The translations under genes were made by a program, and so were the position numbers. A model generated the notes under the pieces. It was not told where the DNA came from. It saw only the letters and a program-made list of their open reading frames with translations, and did not search any database. A stretch of DNA of 64,000 bases, taken from positions 53,149-117,148 of the IMG/VR virus record IMGVR_UViG_3300021431_004509; one strand, written 5' to 3'. This DNA comes from a virus (taxonomy: Duplodnaviria > Caudoviricetes). Positions 20,017 through 30,440 of the stretch are shown here, piece by piece. Position 1 is the first letter of the stretch. Each line of letters opens with the position of its first letter.

Positions 20017-20322
20017 TGCTGCAACGTATTACATCCTAACCAGATGTCCTCCTCGCTTTTAGTGGGAGGTTCGCCTTGATCCAGAAAAGACACCCGGTGG
20101 GAAAAGAGCTGAGCAGGACCTCCTCCGGATGAAGAACTCTCCAGACCAGTTGCAACCAGCAATAAATAAATTTATTACGGTGTAACCAGCTCGCGAGGGT
20201 GCAGATCAGCCATCCAAGAACCTGGAACGAGGGAAAAATAACTTCGACGACTCGCGGTACACGCTTCAGAGCCAAACGAGCACGTCGCCGAATGAAGACC
20301 AAAGCGCAACAAGGTTGCAGCA
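20017..20322 (+). ncRNA. Retron-like msr/msd ncRNA 2, directly downstream of the RT
   Basis: TGCTGCAAC/GTTGCAGCA, unpaired G20026, hairpin ACATC/GATGT, hairpin CCTCCTCGCT-TTT-AGTGGGAGG. Confidence 0.8.
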
Positions 20323-20355
20323 AACATAGAACCATAATAAGGAGGAAAAGTACAA

Positions 20356-20928
20356 ATGACACAGGCAGAATGGGAAAATCAGATCGAAGATTGGTATGAC
20401 CTTCGATCCTGGTGTATCGACAACGGGTATTTTGAGGATGAAATGTATGATATCCTCGACGACTATGAGCTGAACGACAGCGTCAGCGAGGATATCAATA
20501 ACTTTGACGGCGACTGGATGTCGCTTCGTGACAACCTGGATGATATCAGTACCGGGTATACCATCTACCGCCGCGACGGCTCCTTCGACTACGTTGGTCT
20601 CGGCGACAGAGACTTCCACGATAAGAAAGAGGAGGTTCTCGATTATCTCATCGAAATCGGGTACTTCGATCCTGAGGAAGAAGAGGCTCCCGAGGAAGAC
20701 GACGAGGAAGTCGAACCGTTTGATCCGGAGCTGCCGGAGCCGGAACCTGCTGACACGGAGGAAAGCGAATCGTGGACGATCGACTTTGACCTTGACACGA
20801 TCTTTGCGATCGCAAGCGTCAATGTCGCCATTATGATGGACAGCCGCCCTGTCGAACCCGAACGTCAGCCGGTAGAGCCAGAGCCCGCAGACGATACCGA
20901 CCTGTCTGAGCTCATCCCGCTGTTCTGA
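20356..20928 (+). CDS. Highly acidic hypothetical protein following ncRNA 2
   Basis: AAGGAGG RBS; 190 aa, Asp/Glu-rich. Confidence 0.8.
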   Translation: MTQAEWENQIEDWYDLRSWCIDNGYFEDEMYDILDDYELNDSVSEDINNFDGDWMSLRDNLDDISTGYTIYRRDGSFDYVGLGDRDFHDKKEEVLDYLIEIGYFDPEEEEAPEEDDEEVEPFDPELPEPEPADTEESESWTIDFDLDTIFAIASVNVAIMMDSRPVEPERQPVEPEPADDTDLSELIPLF

Positions 20929-20947
20929 TTAAAACGGGAGGGAAACG

Positions 20948-21514
20948 ATGAGCTACTACGCATCCGGCAGCGGTTACATCAAGCTGAGAAGGCAGCCATT
21001 CGAGAAGGAATTTGAAAAGCTTAATGAGCTGATCGAAGAATACTTCTACTGCGACTATTTCGACAGCACACGGGAATTTTCCGTAACCTATGACGGGAAC
21101 TACCACGGCGATGACGACTATCTGGAAATGCTCAATGAGGTCAACGCCGTGTGCAATGTTGAATCCGGGGAAATCGTGTTTAGTGGGGACGATGACTGCC
21201 ATTGGAGATTTGTTTTCCTGAACGGGAAATGGGTCGAGGATCTCGGCCACGTCGTCTTCGACATGGATGAGGATCACATCTATCGGGACATCAAAACGCC
21301 GATCGGTGTGCTCCGGATCAAGACAGGCGAAGACGATCTTGCAGATTCTCCGGGAGTTTCCGTTAGTTTTGTCGGAAATGACGGTAGGGTATCCCTGTTG
21401 GCACGTACGGAATATGACTGTATCCTCCGGAAAATCGTAACGCGGTGCTATACGCCGGACTCGCAGTCCATCCCCGTCCACACAACAACGCAGGTGATGA
21501 AACATGACTCGTGA
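20948..21514 (+). CDS. Hypothetical protein
   Basis: GGGAGG RBS; 188 aa. Confidence 0.75.
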   Translation: MSYYASGSGYIKLRRQPFEKEFEKLNELIEEYFYCDYFDSTREFSVTYDGNYHGDDDYLEMLNEVNAVCNVESGEIVFSGDDDCHWRFVFLNGKWVEDLGHVVFDMDEDHIYRDIKTPIGVLRIKTGEDDLADSPGVSVSFVGNDGRVSLLARTEYDCILRKIVTRCYTPDSQSIPVHTTTQVMKHDS

Positions 21515-21704
21515 CATTTCTTATTGTGCGACCGCAGACTGCCCGTACACCGATTGTCTCCGCCATTTGAAACAGCTGGAGGGGGAGTCGTCCGGAACCA
21601 TCATCTCCCTCTCCAATTTCGGCGGCATTTGCAGAAAGTACATTGCCCATCTCGTTGACGAGGCGTCCGATAGTGCAGAAGACCTGTACATGACAGACAA
21701 TTAA
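21504..21704 (+). CDS. Small Cys-containing hypothetical protein
   Basis: DISYC...CP...CLRH; overlaps the upstream stop. Confidence 0.6.
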   Translation: MTRDISYCATADCPYTDCLRHLKQLEGESSGTIISLSNFGGICRKYIAHLVDEASDSAEDLYMTDN

Positions 21705-21820
21705 GCCCGTATCATAGAATGTTTACATTGACAAGCCCCCGAAAAGCCCGTGTTTATGCGGGCTTTGGGGGTTTTTGATGAGCGCCTTATTATGGAAAGA
21801 AGTAGTAACGGCGCATTTAT

Positions 21821-21896
21821 GCTGGCGTAGCTCAGTTGGCAGAGCAGCTGATTTGTAATCAGCAGGTCATGGGTTCGAGCCCCTTCGTCAGCTCCA
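21821..21896 (+). tRNA. tRNA-Thr(TGT)
   Basis: Cloverleaf, GCTGA-TTTGTAA-TCAGC, CCA end. Confidence 0.93.
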
Positions 21897-22122
21897 AAAA
21901 AAAATACCAGCTGGGGGCGGAAATATGAAGTGGTTTTATGTAGTTGTAACGGCCGCGATGGTTTTTTCCGGTTTACTGATGGGGGTCCGCGGTTCCGTAA
22001 ACGGGGACGAAACCCTGTCATATTTCGGAGAATACCTGATGGACGTCTTTGGCGTGCTTCTTATTGTCGTTCTTCTTGTCTGCGAAGCATTCCCGCAGTT
22101 GATATAGGAGGTTTGAACAGGA

Positions 22123-22425
22123 ATGAAGTATCAAAGCGGAGACGTCGTATATGTGAGACCGGATTTGCGCACGGGCTACTGGTATCAGATGGAGGATGCA
22201 GACGCGCCTGCTGAGATTGCAACCGGTGAAATGCTTGCATTTGCTGGTCTTCCGATGACGATCGATCGAGTTAGGAGTTATGGCTACACACTGGAGGGAA
22301 TCGACGATTTCAACTGGACAGATGAGATGTTCGACGAAGAGCGTATGAAAACGGACTGGAGTGATGAATGGGACGGATCGACAACGGCAGATGAAATCAT
22401 CGGTTTGATCTCAGGACACTTATAA
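22123..22425 (+). CDS. SH3/KOW-like small protein, WTDEMF family
   Basis: GDVVYVRPDL...FNWTDEMF; paralog of 25545 and 25923 ORFs. Confidence 0.75.
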   Translation: MKYQSGDVVYVRPDLRTGYWYQMEDADAPAEIATGEMLAFAGLPMTIDRVRSYGYTLEGIDDFNWTDEMFDEERMKTDWSDEWDGSTTADEIIGLISGHL

Positions 22426-22432
22426 GCAACAT

Positions 22433-22518
22433 GGGGAGGTCGCCTAACGGTAGGGCAGCGGTCTTGAAAACCGTGAACCTGCAAGGGTTTCAGGGTTCGA
22501 ATCCCTGTCTCCCCGCCA
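22433..22518 (+). tRNA. tRNA-Ser(TGA)
   Basis: GCGGT-CTTGAAA-ACCGT, long variable arm, GCCA end. Confidence 0.9.
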
Positions 22519-22644
22519 TGCCGGGATACCGGCAACTTCATTAACGCCGTAGATCGAGGGCGGTGCATTGGTGCTTACGGTGGATAGGTTCGATTCCTTT
22601 ACTGTCCGCGATTGTGACTTAATGAGGTAAACCGTTTTATATCT

Positions 22645-22720
22645 CTGGGTGTAGCTCAGCCGGAAGAGCGCCTGATTTGGGATCAGGAGGCCGTGAGTTC
22701 GAGTCTCGCCACTCAGACCA
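22645..22720 (+). tRNA. tRNA-Pro(TGG)
   Basis: CCTGA-TTTGGGA-TCAGG, ACCA end. Confidence 0.92.
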
Positions 22721-22733
22721 TCTCCGCATTTTC

Positions 22734-23086
22734 GCTGCAACGTATTACATCTCCAGCAGATGTCCTCCTCGCTTTTAGTGGGAGGTTCGCCTTGATCCAG
22801 AAAAGAAGGGCCCCGATCGACGGCCGTGGCCAATGGTACTTGCCCAGTTAAACGCACTAGAACGAAACCGCGCGCCAACAGTAGCGCAACGCGGCAAACC
22901 AACGGGTGATCTGCCAGCCGAACCGGTTAACTAAGGGTGATCGAGGAACCACCAGCAGACCGAAAAGCTGAAACAAGGTTTTTCAGGACAATCCGAGTCT
23001 CACCCGTAGTACAAGAAGCTGAAGTCAGTTCAACTGAGACTTGTACCTGGATCTACTAACTAAGCATTGCAAAAGCTGGTTGCAGC
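22734..23086 (+). ncRNA. Retron-like msr/msd ncRNA 3
   Basis: GCTGCAAC/GTTGCAGC, unpaired G22742; 22757-22806 identical to 20041-20090 (50 nt). Confidence 0.8.
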
Positions 23087-23114
23087 AAACCAAATTCAAT
23101 TTACAGGAGGGAAT

Positions 23115-23741
23115 ATGAATCTCAAAGAAGCGTTTCGCTACCAGAACTTTCTGGACAAGATGATGTCAGAAGCGTGTGGAAGCATTACCAGCGGCGACCA
23201 CTGCTTGAAGACGACTTACCGCCATCTCCGCAGCAAGGCATGCAAGGACGCGGTTGATGAGGATATCCCGCAGGAAGTCTCGGAATTCTTCTGCAACGAT
23301 GAGGTGATCGGCTTCATGGGTTTCCTGATCGAACAGCGCAAGGCCCTCTCCGATGCGATCGGAGTCGCTAAGGCTTCGATTGGATTTGACCTCGATTCTG
23401 CGCTCGAAGCAAACAAATTCCGGCAGCGGTATTGCAACGCGCTGAAGACCATGCTCAACATAAAGGCGCGTAAAACCACCTCCAAGGGCAGCGACTACAA
23501 GTTCGATGTCAACGGTGTCCAGTCTCCGTACTACTATCCTTTGGAGGTTATCTGCGAAGAGGCATACAACAGGGAGGCTTCCAAAACGCTGATGCGTGAA
23601 TGCCTCCTGGAGGCTGACGGGATCTCTGCGGCGATTGATGCTGCCCTGATCAATACATCTGTTGCCTTCGATCCAGTCATCGACGTCAACGACAGTTTCG
23701 ATGACGCAATGACATTCTTCATTGCAGAGTATTCCGCATAA
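23115..23741 (+). CDS. Hypothetical helical protein (208 aa) following ncRNA 3
   Basis: AGGAGG RBS then ATG 23115 (MNLKEAFRYQNFL...). Confidence 0.8.
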   Translation: MNLKEAFRYQNFLDKMMSEACGSITSGDHCLKTTYRHLRSKACKDAVDEDIPQEVSEFFCNDEVIGFMGFLIEQRKALSDAIGVAKASIGFDLDSALEANKFRQRYCNALKTMLNIKARKTTSKGSDYKFDVNGVQSPYYYPLEVICEEAYNREASKTLMRECLLEADGISAAIDAALINTSVAFDPVIDVNDSFDDAMTFFIAEYSA

Positions 23742-23757
23742 AAACAGAGAGCTTCGG

Positions 23758-24211
23758 CTCTCTGTTTTGGGCAGGGCTTTTGAAGCGATTGTTTTGTTTA
23801 CCTCCAGACGGAGAGTTTCCGTCGCTGCTCAGCGATGCGCAGCTTTTCTTATCTGGCGATGGTGCATTTGATGCTTGCCAAAGTCAGATCTGGATGATAA
23901 CAGCCTGACTTGAAATCGGGGAAAAGACGAATATGGGTTTCGTTTCGTAGATTGTGTGAATCATTCACCTTTCAGTGGTTCGCCAGGCGATAACCGCCGC
24001 ATAAGACACCAAACCGATAGTTCGCCATTCCATCATCCGCGAGTACGCCAGTTGGCACATGACTCGTCAGCCGTCACGCTACGCAAGAAACGAGTGTGCT
24101 CAGCGGTTCGCCGCTTCTGTTATAAAAATTATTCTGAAAACTTCTATTGCCGCTTATGCGGTTTTTCTGTAAACAATTCATTCAAATCGGAGACCTGCCT
24201 GAAACAGAGAG
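23758..24211 (+). ncRNA. Putative large structured ncRNA (about 450 nt)
   Basis: 18-bp closing helix with two G-U pairs (23758-23775/24194-24211), nested helices 23779-23794/24171-24186 and 23997-24005/24153-24161. Confidence 0.65.
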
Positions 24212-24237
24212 TCGAAACAGGATAAGGAGGTATTGTT

Positions 24238-24552
24238 TTGGTGGCGGTTCATTATCCGGAATGGGCGTACGTCGGCGCCCGCGTTGTTCTGGAAAAAGAT
24301 TATCCGGACAATAACAGAAGACTGGTATCGGGCGATACTGGAACAATCGTCGATCGCAGCAGCATGAGCAGATTGCTGTATATAGAGTGGGATAAGGAAT
24401 GTAGTGGACACGATTGCGGCGGAAAGGCAAAGCGTGGCCATGGCTGGAACGTGGATTGCGATGAAGTCGGTCCTGAAATCTTATTCTGCGACGAGGAAAT
24501 CGAGTACGAGCCGACCAGCCTGGACGATCTGCTCTCATTCCTGTCCACATAA
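24238..24552 (+). CDS. SH3/CAP-Gly-like small protein, paralog of 34663
   Basis: VGARV...TGTIVD...IEWD...HDCGG...GWNV; AAGGAGG RBS. Confidence 0.7.
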   Translation: MVAVHYPEWAYVGARVVLEKDYPDNNRRLVSGDTGTIVDRSSMSRLLYIEWDKECSGHDCGGKAKRGHGWNVDCDEVGPEILFCDEEIEYEPTSLDDLLSFLST

Positions 24553-24558
24553 GCCAAC

Positions 24559-24635
24559 GCGGGTATGGTGTTCAACGGCCAGCATGCCGGCCTTCCAAGC
24601 CGGAGGTGGGGGTTCGAATCCCCTTGCTCGCTCCA
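24559..24635 (+). tRNA. tRNA-Gly(TCC)
   Basis: CCGGC-CTTCCAA-GCCGG, TCCA end. Confidence 0.9.
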
Positions 24636-24721
24636 TAGGTGCAATGCGACTTAACAGCAGAGGTGGGCGCGTTACGGTATGAATCCGATTCAGGCGTATG
24701 ACAAACAAGATCCCACCGCGT

Positions 24722-24796
24722 GCCGGTATGGTGTCAGTGGCAGCACGCCAGTTTCCCAAACTGGAAGGGCGGGTTCAAATCCCGTTGCTGGCTCCA
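24722..24796 (+). tRNA. tRNA-Gly(CCC)
   Basis: CCAGT-TTCCCAA-ACTGG, TCCA end. Confidence 0.88.
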
Positions 24797-24968
24797 CAGG
24801 CGGGTGCTTGACATTCTGCCGCGACGAGGAAACAGATGACGGGATCGGCTTCCGTACATCTGCGGAGTCCGCCGAGGGTTTGGACAGTCCCCACAGGCCG
24901 ATGTAGGAGAAACCGAAAGAAAATGTCCGCTGCAACCCGGTGCATGCGACGTGCCGGGTTGTGTTTAT

Positions 24969-25045
24969 GGAGACGTAGTGTAAATACGGCAACACACCGG
25001 ACTTTGACTCCGACATAGTGGGTTCGAATCCCGCCGTCTCTGCCA
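24969..25045 (+). tRNA. tRNA-Gln(TTG)
   Basis: CGGA-CTTTGAC-TCCG, GCCA end. Confidence 0.88.
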
Positions 25046-25047
25046 AC

Positions 25048-25124
25048 GGCGCCATAGTGGAATTGGTGAACACGCCAGCCTTTCAAGCTGGAGATTCCGG
25101 GTTCAATCCCCGGTGGCGTCACCA
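25048..25124 (+). tRNA. tRNA-Glu(TTC)
   Basis: CCAGC-CTTTCAA-GCTGG, ACCA end. Confidence 0.9.
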
Positions 25125-25127
25125 AAC

Positions 25128-25204
25128 GAGCCCTTAGCTCAGTCGGTCAGAGCGTCTGACTCATAATCAGAGGGTCCAGGGTTCAAGTCCCTGAGGGCTC
25201 ACCA
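25128..25204 (+). tRNA. tRNA-Met/Ile2(CAT)
   Basis: TCTGA-CTCATAA-TCAGA, ACCA end. Confidence 0.92.
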
Positions 25205-25238
25205 AAAATGAAACGAATATTTGATAGGAGCGGAAAAG

Positions 25239-25502
25239 ATGATTACTCTTTCCGAAGCGTTCAAACTCTGCGGAATCAAGGAAGAACCGATTTATCTCCG
25301 TCATGTGGAGGAATCCAATTCAGTGTGGTGGAGTGGACATTACTTCTGGTCAAAGAAAATCCGCGACAAGATGGACATGCGGAAAATCCGTGTGGTAAAG
25401 ATCGAACCGGCTTTTGAACACTTCGGGTCTGATTTCATCGGCTGGCGCTTTATTGTCGCCGGCATCACGCCGGAAGAATTGACGAGAATCGAATACAAAT
25501 AA
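25239..25502 (+). CDS. Hypothetical protein
   Basis: AGGAG RBS; bounded on both sides by the junction motif. Confidence 0.65.
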   Translation: MITLSEAFKLCGIKEEPIYLRHVEESNSVWWSGHYFWSKKIRDKMDMRKIRVVKIEPAFEHFGSDFIGWRFIVAGITPEELTRIEYK

Positions 25503-25544
25503 GGGTGACATGAAATGCAGATTTGACGCGAAGGAGGTAGCATC

Positions 25545-25892
25545 TTGGCATTTTTCAAACGCGGCGACATTGTGACGGTCCGTGATGACTTGGACACAGA
25601 AAAACGGTATAAGTCCGACGGCGATGCACCGGGGAACGACAGGTGTTCCGTTGCATATGACATGATGAAGTACGCCGGTAAGCAGATGACGATCGCAGAA
25701 GTGCAGGAAATTGCTAACTTCCGCGGGCCAAAGACAAGATACCACCTCACTGAAGATAACGGTGCATGGGTCTGGACGGATGAGATGTTCAGCGAATACC
25801 TTGACGGCTACCAAGTTATCTTCCCGGATGATACGGAATATGAGGCGCCTTCCCGCGAAGAGCTCTCTGCTCTTTTCGGGGCGCTTTGGTAA
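25545..25892 (+). CDS. SH3/KOW-like small protein, WTDEMF family
   Basis: FFKRGDIVTVRDDL...WVWTDEMF. Confidence 0.8.
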   Translation: MAFFKRGDIVTVRDDLDTEKRYKSDGDAPGNDRCSVAYDMMKYAGKQMTIAEVQEIANFRGPKTRYHLTEDNGAWVWTDEMFSEYLDGYQVIFPDDTEYEAPSREELSALFGALW

Positions 25893-25922
25893 TACGGTTT
25901 TATAAGGAACGGGGGTATTTCT

Positions 25923-26240
25923 TTGCCGTTTTTCAAAGTCGGCGATACGGTCACTATCCGTGATGACCTCGATATAAGCGAAGTATATAAGTCAGATGGC
26001 GAGGCCGTGGCGAGCTGCCGTGTTGTAAATGCAATGCGCGTACACGCCGGCGAAAAGCATCAGATTGTCGCAGTTTATAACGGTCCTAAGGCATGGCGAT
26101 ATCAACTGTCCGAATGCGGAGGCTGGAGCTGGACAGATGAAATGTTTGTTGAATACCTTGACCGGTACGACTTGCTCGACGACGAAATGGAACCCGGCGC
26201 GCCGTCAGAAGAAGAGATCCTTGCGCTGCTTGGTATTTGA
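25923..26240 (+). CDS. SH3/KOW-like small protein, WTDEMF family
   Basis: FFKVGDTVTIRDDL...WSWTDEMF; tandem paralog. Confidence 0.8.
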   Translation: MPFFKVGDTVTIRDDLDISEVYKSDGEAVASCRVVNAMRVHAGEKHQIVAVYNGPKAWRYQLSECGGWSWTDEMFVEYLDRYDLLDDEMEPGAPSEEEILALLGI

Positions 26241-26251
26241 GGAGGAAAACG

Positions 26252-27512
26252 ATGAATAAAACGCCTGTATACGTTGTGTCCAGTATGAGAGATTACGGCG
26301 GCTGTGAGATCTACTTCAACGCCGATGGGATTTTTGCCAGTAAGGAAGAGGCGGAGGCGTACATTAAGCGGGACGCGGCGGAAATCCTTGCAGAGTATGA
26401 GGATTCTCTGGTGGTGCTGGAAAAGGCGCCGCATGATATCGCAGATGAGATCGACTACCTCATCAGTACGGATGAATACACATTCAACTGGCGGATCGAC
26501 ACGTTCTATACAGACAAGTTTTCCATTTGCGACAAACAGGCATGAAACGAATTTGAAAGGAGATATGAGGATGAAATACTGCGTAACGATTGTTCGGACG
26601 GGCTGTGTTTTCGTAGAGGCGGGAAGTGAGGCCGAAGCTATGGATATTGCTGACCACCAGACCACTGATACTGTGAATTGGTCTGACGATTGGGAAGCAA
26701 CGTACGCGGAAGAAGACGATAGTTTCCCTGACAACATGTATATCTCCGAAAAAGCGTTTGAATAAAACATTGAGTACTGAAATGGGGTGACGCTTTGTAT
26801 CGCTTTTTCTGTGTTCTTTACAATATCTTTGTAATCCTTGCGATCGTAGCCGCTGCTGTTGCGTTGATCTGGGGCGTCTGCTACGCCATCGACTCGCACG
26901 GCAAGCAAAAGATCACCTTCCGTGCATTCCGCAGCCTCTATGCGGTAGCTCCAGACCGGTGGAGACTCTGGGCATACGAAAGTGTGTGTGAGAACCCGGG
27001 ATACTACAGGCGGGGAGGGTATTTTAACGATACAATCTACATGAAAACCTTCATCGACCACCTGCGCTACCTGCTGTTTGCACACAAAGCGCTTCGTATA
27101 GAAAGAAAACAGAATTTTACGCAGGAATTTGAAAAAATTGCCGCAAGCTGGCAGACAGATATCGATTCCTATCGCAGCGACGCGGCGAAGGAACTTCGCA
27201 TTATGCAGGAAAAACTGAGATAAGGAGCGAGTAGGTTCTATGATCATACAAACTCACGAAATCGAAATGTACGACGATATTCTGGAATCTCTCCCGCACC
27301 ATCCGGAAGATAAGGCGCCTGGTGCTGAGTGGCATGGATTCTGGGTAAACGGCAACGATGAGATCATGTGCCGCGACCAGGAGACGGCGAACGTCCTCGC
27401 AGACTTCTTTGAGGACTGCGGTGTCGGTCTTATGCACACCTTCCATTACGACGATGAGGAATCTGACGGCCTCAACCTTGGATGGTGGGCGGTCTACGTA
27501 GATGGCCAGTAA
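26252..27512 (+). other. Four short hypothetical ORFs (26252-26545, 26571-26765, 26795-27223 with an N-terminal TM segment, 27240-27512)
   Basis: Co-oriented ORFs with RBS. Confidence 0.65.
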
Positions 27513-27513
27513 C

Positions 27514-28249
27514 GATGCGGATTCTTGATAAGAACACGGATTTTTACGACTTCTGGCAGGGAGTCTACTACGATCCGACCATCACCTTTGACCGCACGGA
27601 TTCCTTCCTGCTGACAAAGGAGCTCATGTGCGAGCACCTTTATAACTGCAGGTGCCGGCATCGCCGCCGTATGGGTGAGTGGCTGCAGGATTTCCTGCTG
27701 CTTCAGATCGGACATGCGTTCTGGCTCTTTCTTGTCGATGTCACAGAGGAAACTGTTCAGGATCGCCCGACAGATTACGCCATTGAGCTGGTCACGGCAT
27801 GGAAAAACTATGACAGCCCACGCAAACTGATCGCGCTTGACATCATAGACTTCGGATATGAGATCCAAAAGCTGCTGTGGGGCAGAAAGTGGGTCAGCGG
27901 GAAATTTGAATTGGATAAGGTCATCAGCAGAGCGCCCGACCTCATTCAAGCGATCAACACCGGGAATTTCCGAGTCCTTGACAGTATCGACAGCTATAAG
28001 ATCTACCATGGGGATTTCTACGGCGGGAAAGGCACAGTCGTAGAGAAACACATCCCGCTGCTGAAAGCCTGCGGAATTTCGGCCTGTGTTGACCCTCTGG
28101 AAATCTACCTGGCTTTCGAAGAATACTTCTCGCTCGAAAAGACTCGGACTGAGAGAACAGAATCCGTCGGCCTGACGGATAAAGAAAAGGTAAGCAACCA
28201 CGGTTTCGACGTGAAGACGTCGTTTCGCGGGCAAGTAAAAATTAATTAA
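27514..28249 (+). CDS. Hypothetical protein
   Basis: MRILDKNTDFYD...HGFDVKTSFR; long ORF. Confidence 0.75.
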
Positions 28250-28267
28250 ATAGGGGAGATTTAATAA

Positions 28268-28702
28268 ATGAAAAGAGCAAAGAAACTTATCGCGTCGATC
28301 CTTATCCTTGCTTTATGCGCTGTGTTTCTCATCGGTTGCGAGGGCTTTCGCGAAAGCGATAGAGTTGGGTACAACATTTCCAAAGAGGCGGACAATTTCA
28401 ATGTGATGCGTCGCCTTACGGTATTTAATATCCGTACCGATACAGTGTTAATGCAGATGACAGGCAGGTTTGCTCTGAAGAACGAGGGGCATGATGAGCT
28501 TTCCATCATTGTTGAAGTGGAAAAGGGTACATATCAGAAACATTTCGTGTACCTGAATGAGTATACGATGTACACGGTAGAAGATTTATCAGGTGCAAAT
28601 GTAACGCCGTATGCGTACGAGCTTGAATTTCTTCCTCAGGCACTGGCCCCTGTTAAGATCACGGCAAACGAGCTTCGTGAAGATTTGATCGAGAATAGTT
28701 AA
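28268..28702 (+). CDS. Putative phage lipoprotein
   Basis: Basic N-terminus, hydrophobic stretch, lipobox LIGC. Confidence 0.75.
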   Translation: MKRAKKLIASILILALCAVFLIGCEGFRESDRVGYNISKEADNFNVMRRLTVFNIRTDTVLMQMTGRFALKNEGHDELSIIVEVEKGTYQKHFVYLNEYTMYTVEDLSGANVTPYAYELEFLPQALAPVKITANELREDLIENS

Positions 28703-28720
28703 AAGAAAGGAGCCTTCGGG

Positions 28721-30440
28721 ATGACGATCACCAGAACCGTAGGCGGCGAGCAGCTTTCGTTTGAGCTGACGGAATCCGAGCTCGTCAACGCCTTCTTTGA
28801 ACAGCAGTTTAAGTTCGACAAGCAGGATGTTATGGACAGCATCTACGGATATGAGGACGACGATGTTCTCGGCGTATACGGTATCACCATTAAAGAATAC
28901 ACAAAGCTCTCCGGCGACATCGCAGCGGAGATGCGGCGGAACCTGGACAGGTACGATATGGATTTCAGCTCCGCAAGAGACGAAGCCGTGCGCGACGTTG
29001 TTCAGAAGTACAAGAGGGAAAAGAATGCTGGTTGAGTGGATCAAAAACACGGTCAAGCGCCTGTTTTGCAGGCACGAGTACTGGAAGGTCGGCAGCTATG
29101 AGGATTACGACGGCAGCGTTCGGTATTCTGTCCGGCATTACATCTGCCGCAACTGCGGGAAAAGCATCTGGATCGACGGCCGCCTCGACAACATCGCCCA
29201 TAATCTTTAGGAGGATGCCGCCATGAGTGGTGAACGGAAAGCAAAATACTCCCTCTGGGAGCTCATCGACGACTGCCGCCAGCGCGGTCCCGTGTGGGAT
29301 GTGGATCTGCGTTGGTTTATGAGCGGGGAAAAGATCGGCGTCGTCGACAAGTTTACCGCAGAGGAGCAGTACGGCGAACGTCTCGTGATCAAGCATCGCC
29401 GGAACAAGACCAGGATTACGGCCTGGATTTACTGAGAGGCTATATGGGCAGCGATACAATGAATACTATCTGTATTTATAAGCAGATGACAAGCCGCTGG
29501 CGCTGTATGAAAAGCGAATGCTGCGGCTGCGACCCGTCCAAGGAATGTTATTGTCCGCCTCTCCCGGACAGTATTCGCTATATGCGGCCTGATTTCACCA
29601 ACGAGACCGGGGACGACTATCCAAACTGAAAGGCAGAAAGGCAATTGAAAACAACACAGAAAATCGAAACGCTGAAGTATGAATCGCCTGTCCTCGTCCA
29701 TGATCGGGAAGCAAAGAAGCACGAATGGATCAGATGCAGCGATTCCATGCCTCCCATCGGGAAAATGGTTCGTGTATGGCGGGAAGGAATGCCTGAAGCT
29801 ACCGCGGCTTACCTTCGCAGTGACGGAGAATTCGGTCTTGGCTATACCATCTGGAAGTATATGACCTACTGGGCGCCGATGTCTGCGCCCTTCGAACAGT
29901 AAGGAGTGAAACGATGGATAATCTGGAAGAGATCGTTCAGGCGTGTGGCTACGACCCGGAGAAAATCGGGTGCGCAATCCTTGAGAAATGCGGCTACTTT
30001 GTCCAGAACTACGGCGGGTATGTCAGCATTTACGAGGGCGACCACATCCTCTGGATGGGAAGAACGGGTGGATAAGCGTGAACAGATGCACCGAATGGCG
30101 CGGCGAACACGCCGCGGTTTCCGATAACCACGTCAACTATATCGACCGCCTCGCAAAGTACGAAGACTCCGGCCTTGAACCCGAGGAAATCGCTGGTCTG
30201 GCAAATTTCCGCGAGCGCATGGATCACATCAAGGCTGTTCAGTACCGGCGATACTATAGCGAGCATGTGTTCCAGGATGTTGTCGCGTATTTCGACGACC
30301 GGAAAATCAATGATGATGAAGTTGAGAACGCCATCCGCCTTGATTCCTATGACAGCAGAGTCGCGGTCATGCCACGTATACAGGCGGAAAAAGTGTTCGG
30401 CTTCAAGTGGGAACGGGATGGAGAAACGGAGCTTTTATGA
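28721..30440 (+). other. Run of short hypothetical ORFs (28721-29035, 29223-29435, 29645-29902 DUF551-like, and others)
   Basis: Co-oriented ORFs; WIRCSDSMP...YWAPM resembles DUF551. Confidence 0.55.

Noticed and set aside
20036-20362. Minus-strand ORFs across the ncRNAs (also 18503-18754, 22444-22902) as cDNA-encoded genes
   Set aside because: No RBS, no similarity among them, and not present consistently in all four copies; likely chance open frames.
18836-23086. RT plus repeated 50-nt sequence as a diversity-generating retroelement
   Set aside because: The repeat copies are identical, intergenic and show no adenine-specific differences; no Avd-like gene or target variable region is visible; the RT motifs are retron-like.
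24636-24965. Spacers between tRNAs as theta/HDV-like ribozymes, or a fifth retron ncRNA (GCTGCAAC at 24929)
   Set aside because: I could not build the nested double pseudoknot by eye. The GCTGCAAC is part of a local hairpin, is followed by C rather than G and lacks the invariant scaffold hairpin. A covariance search would be needed.
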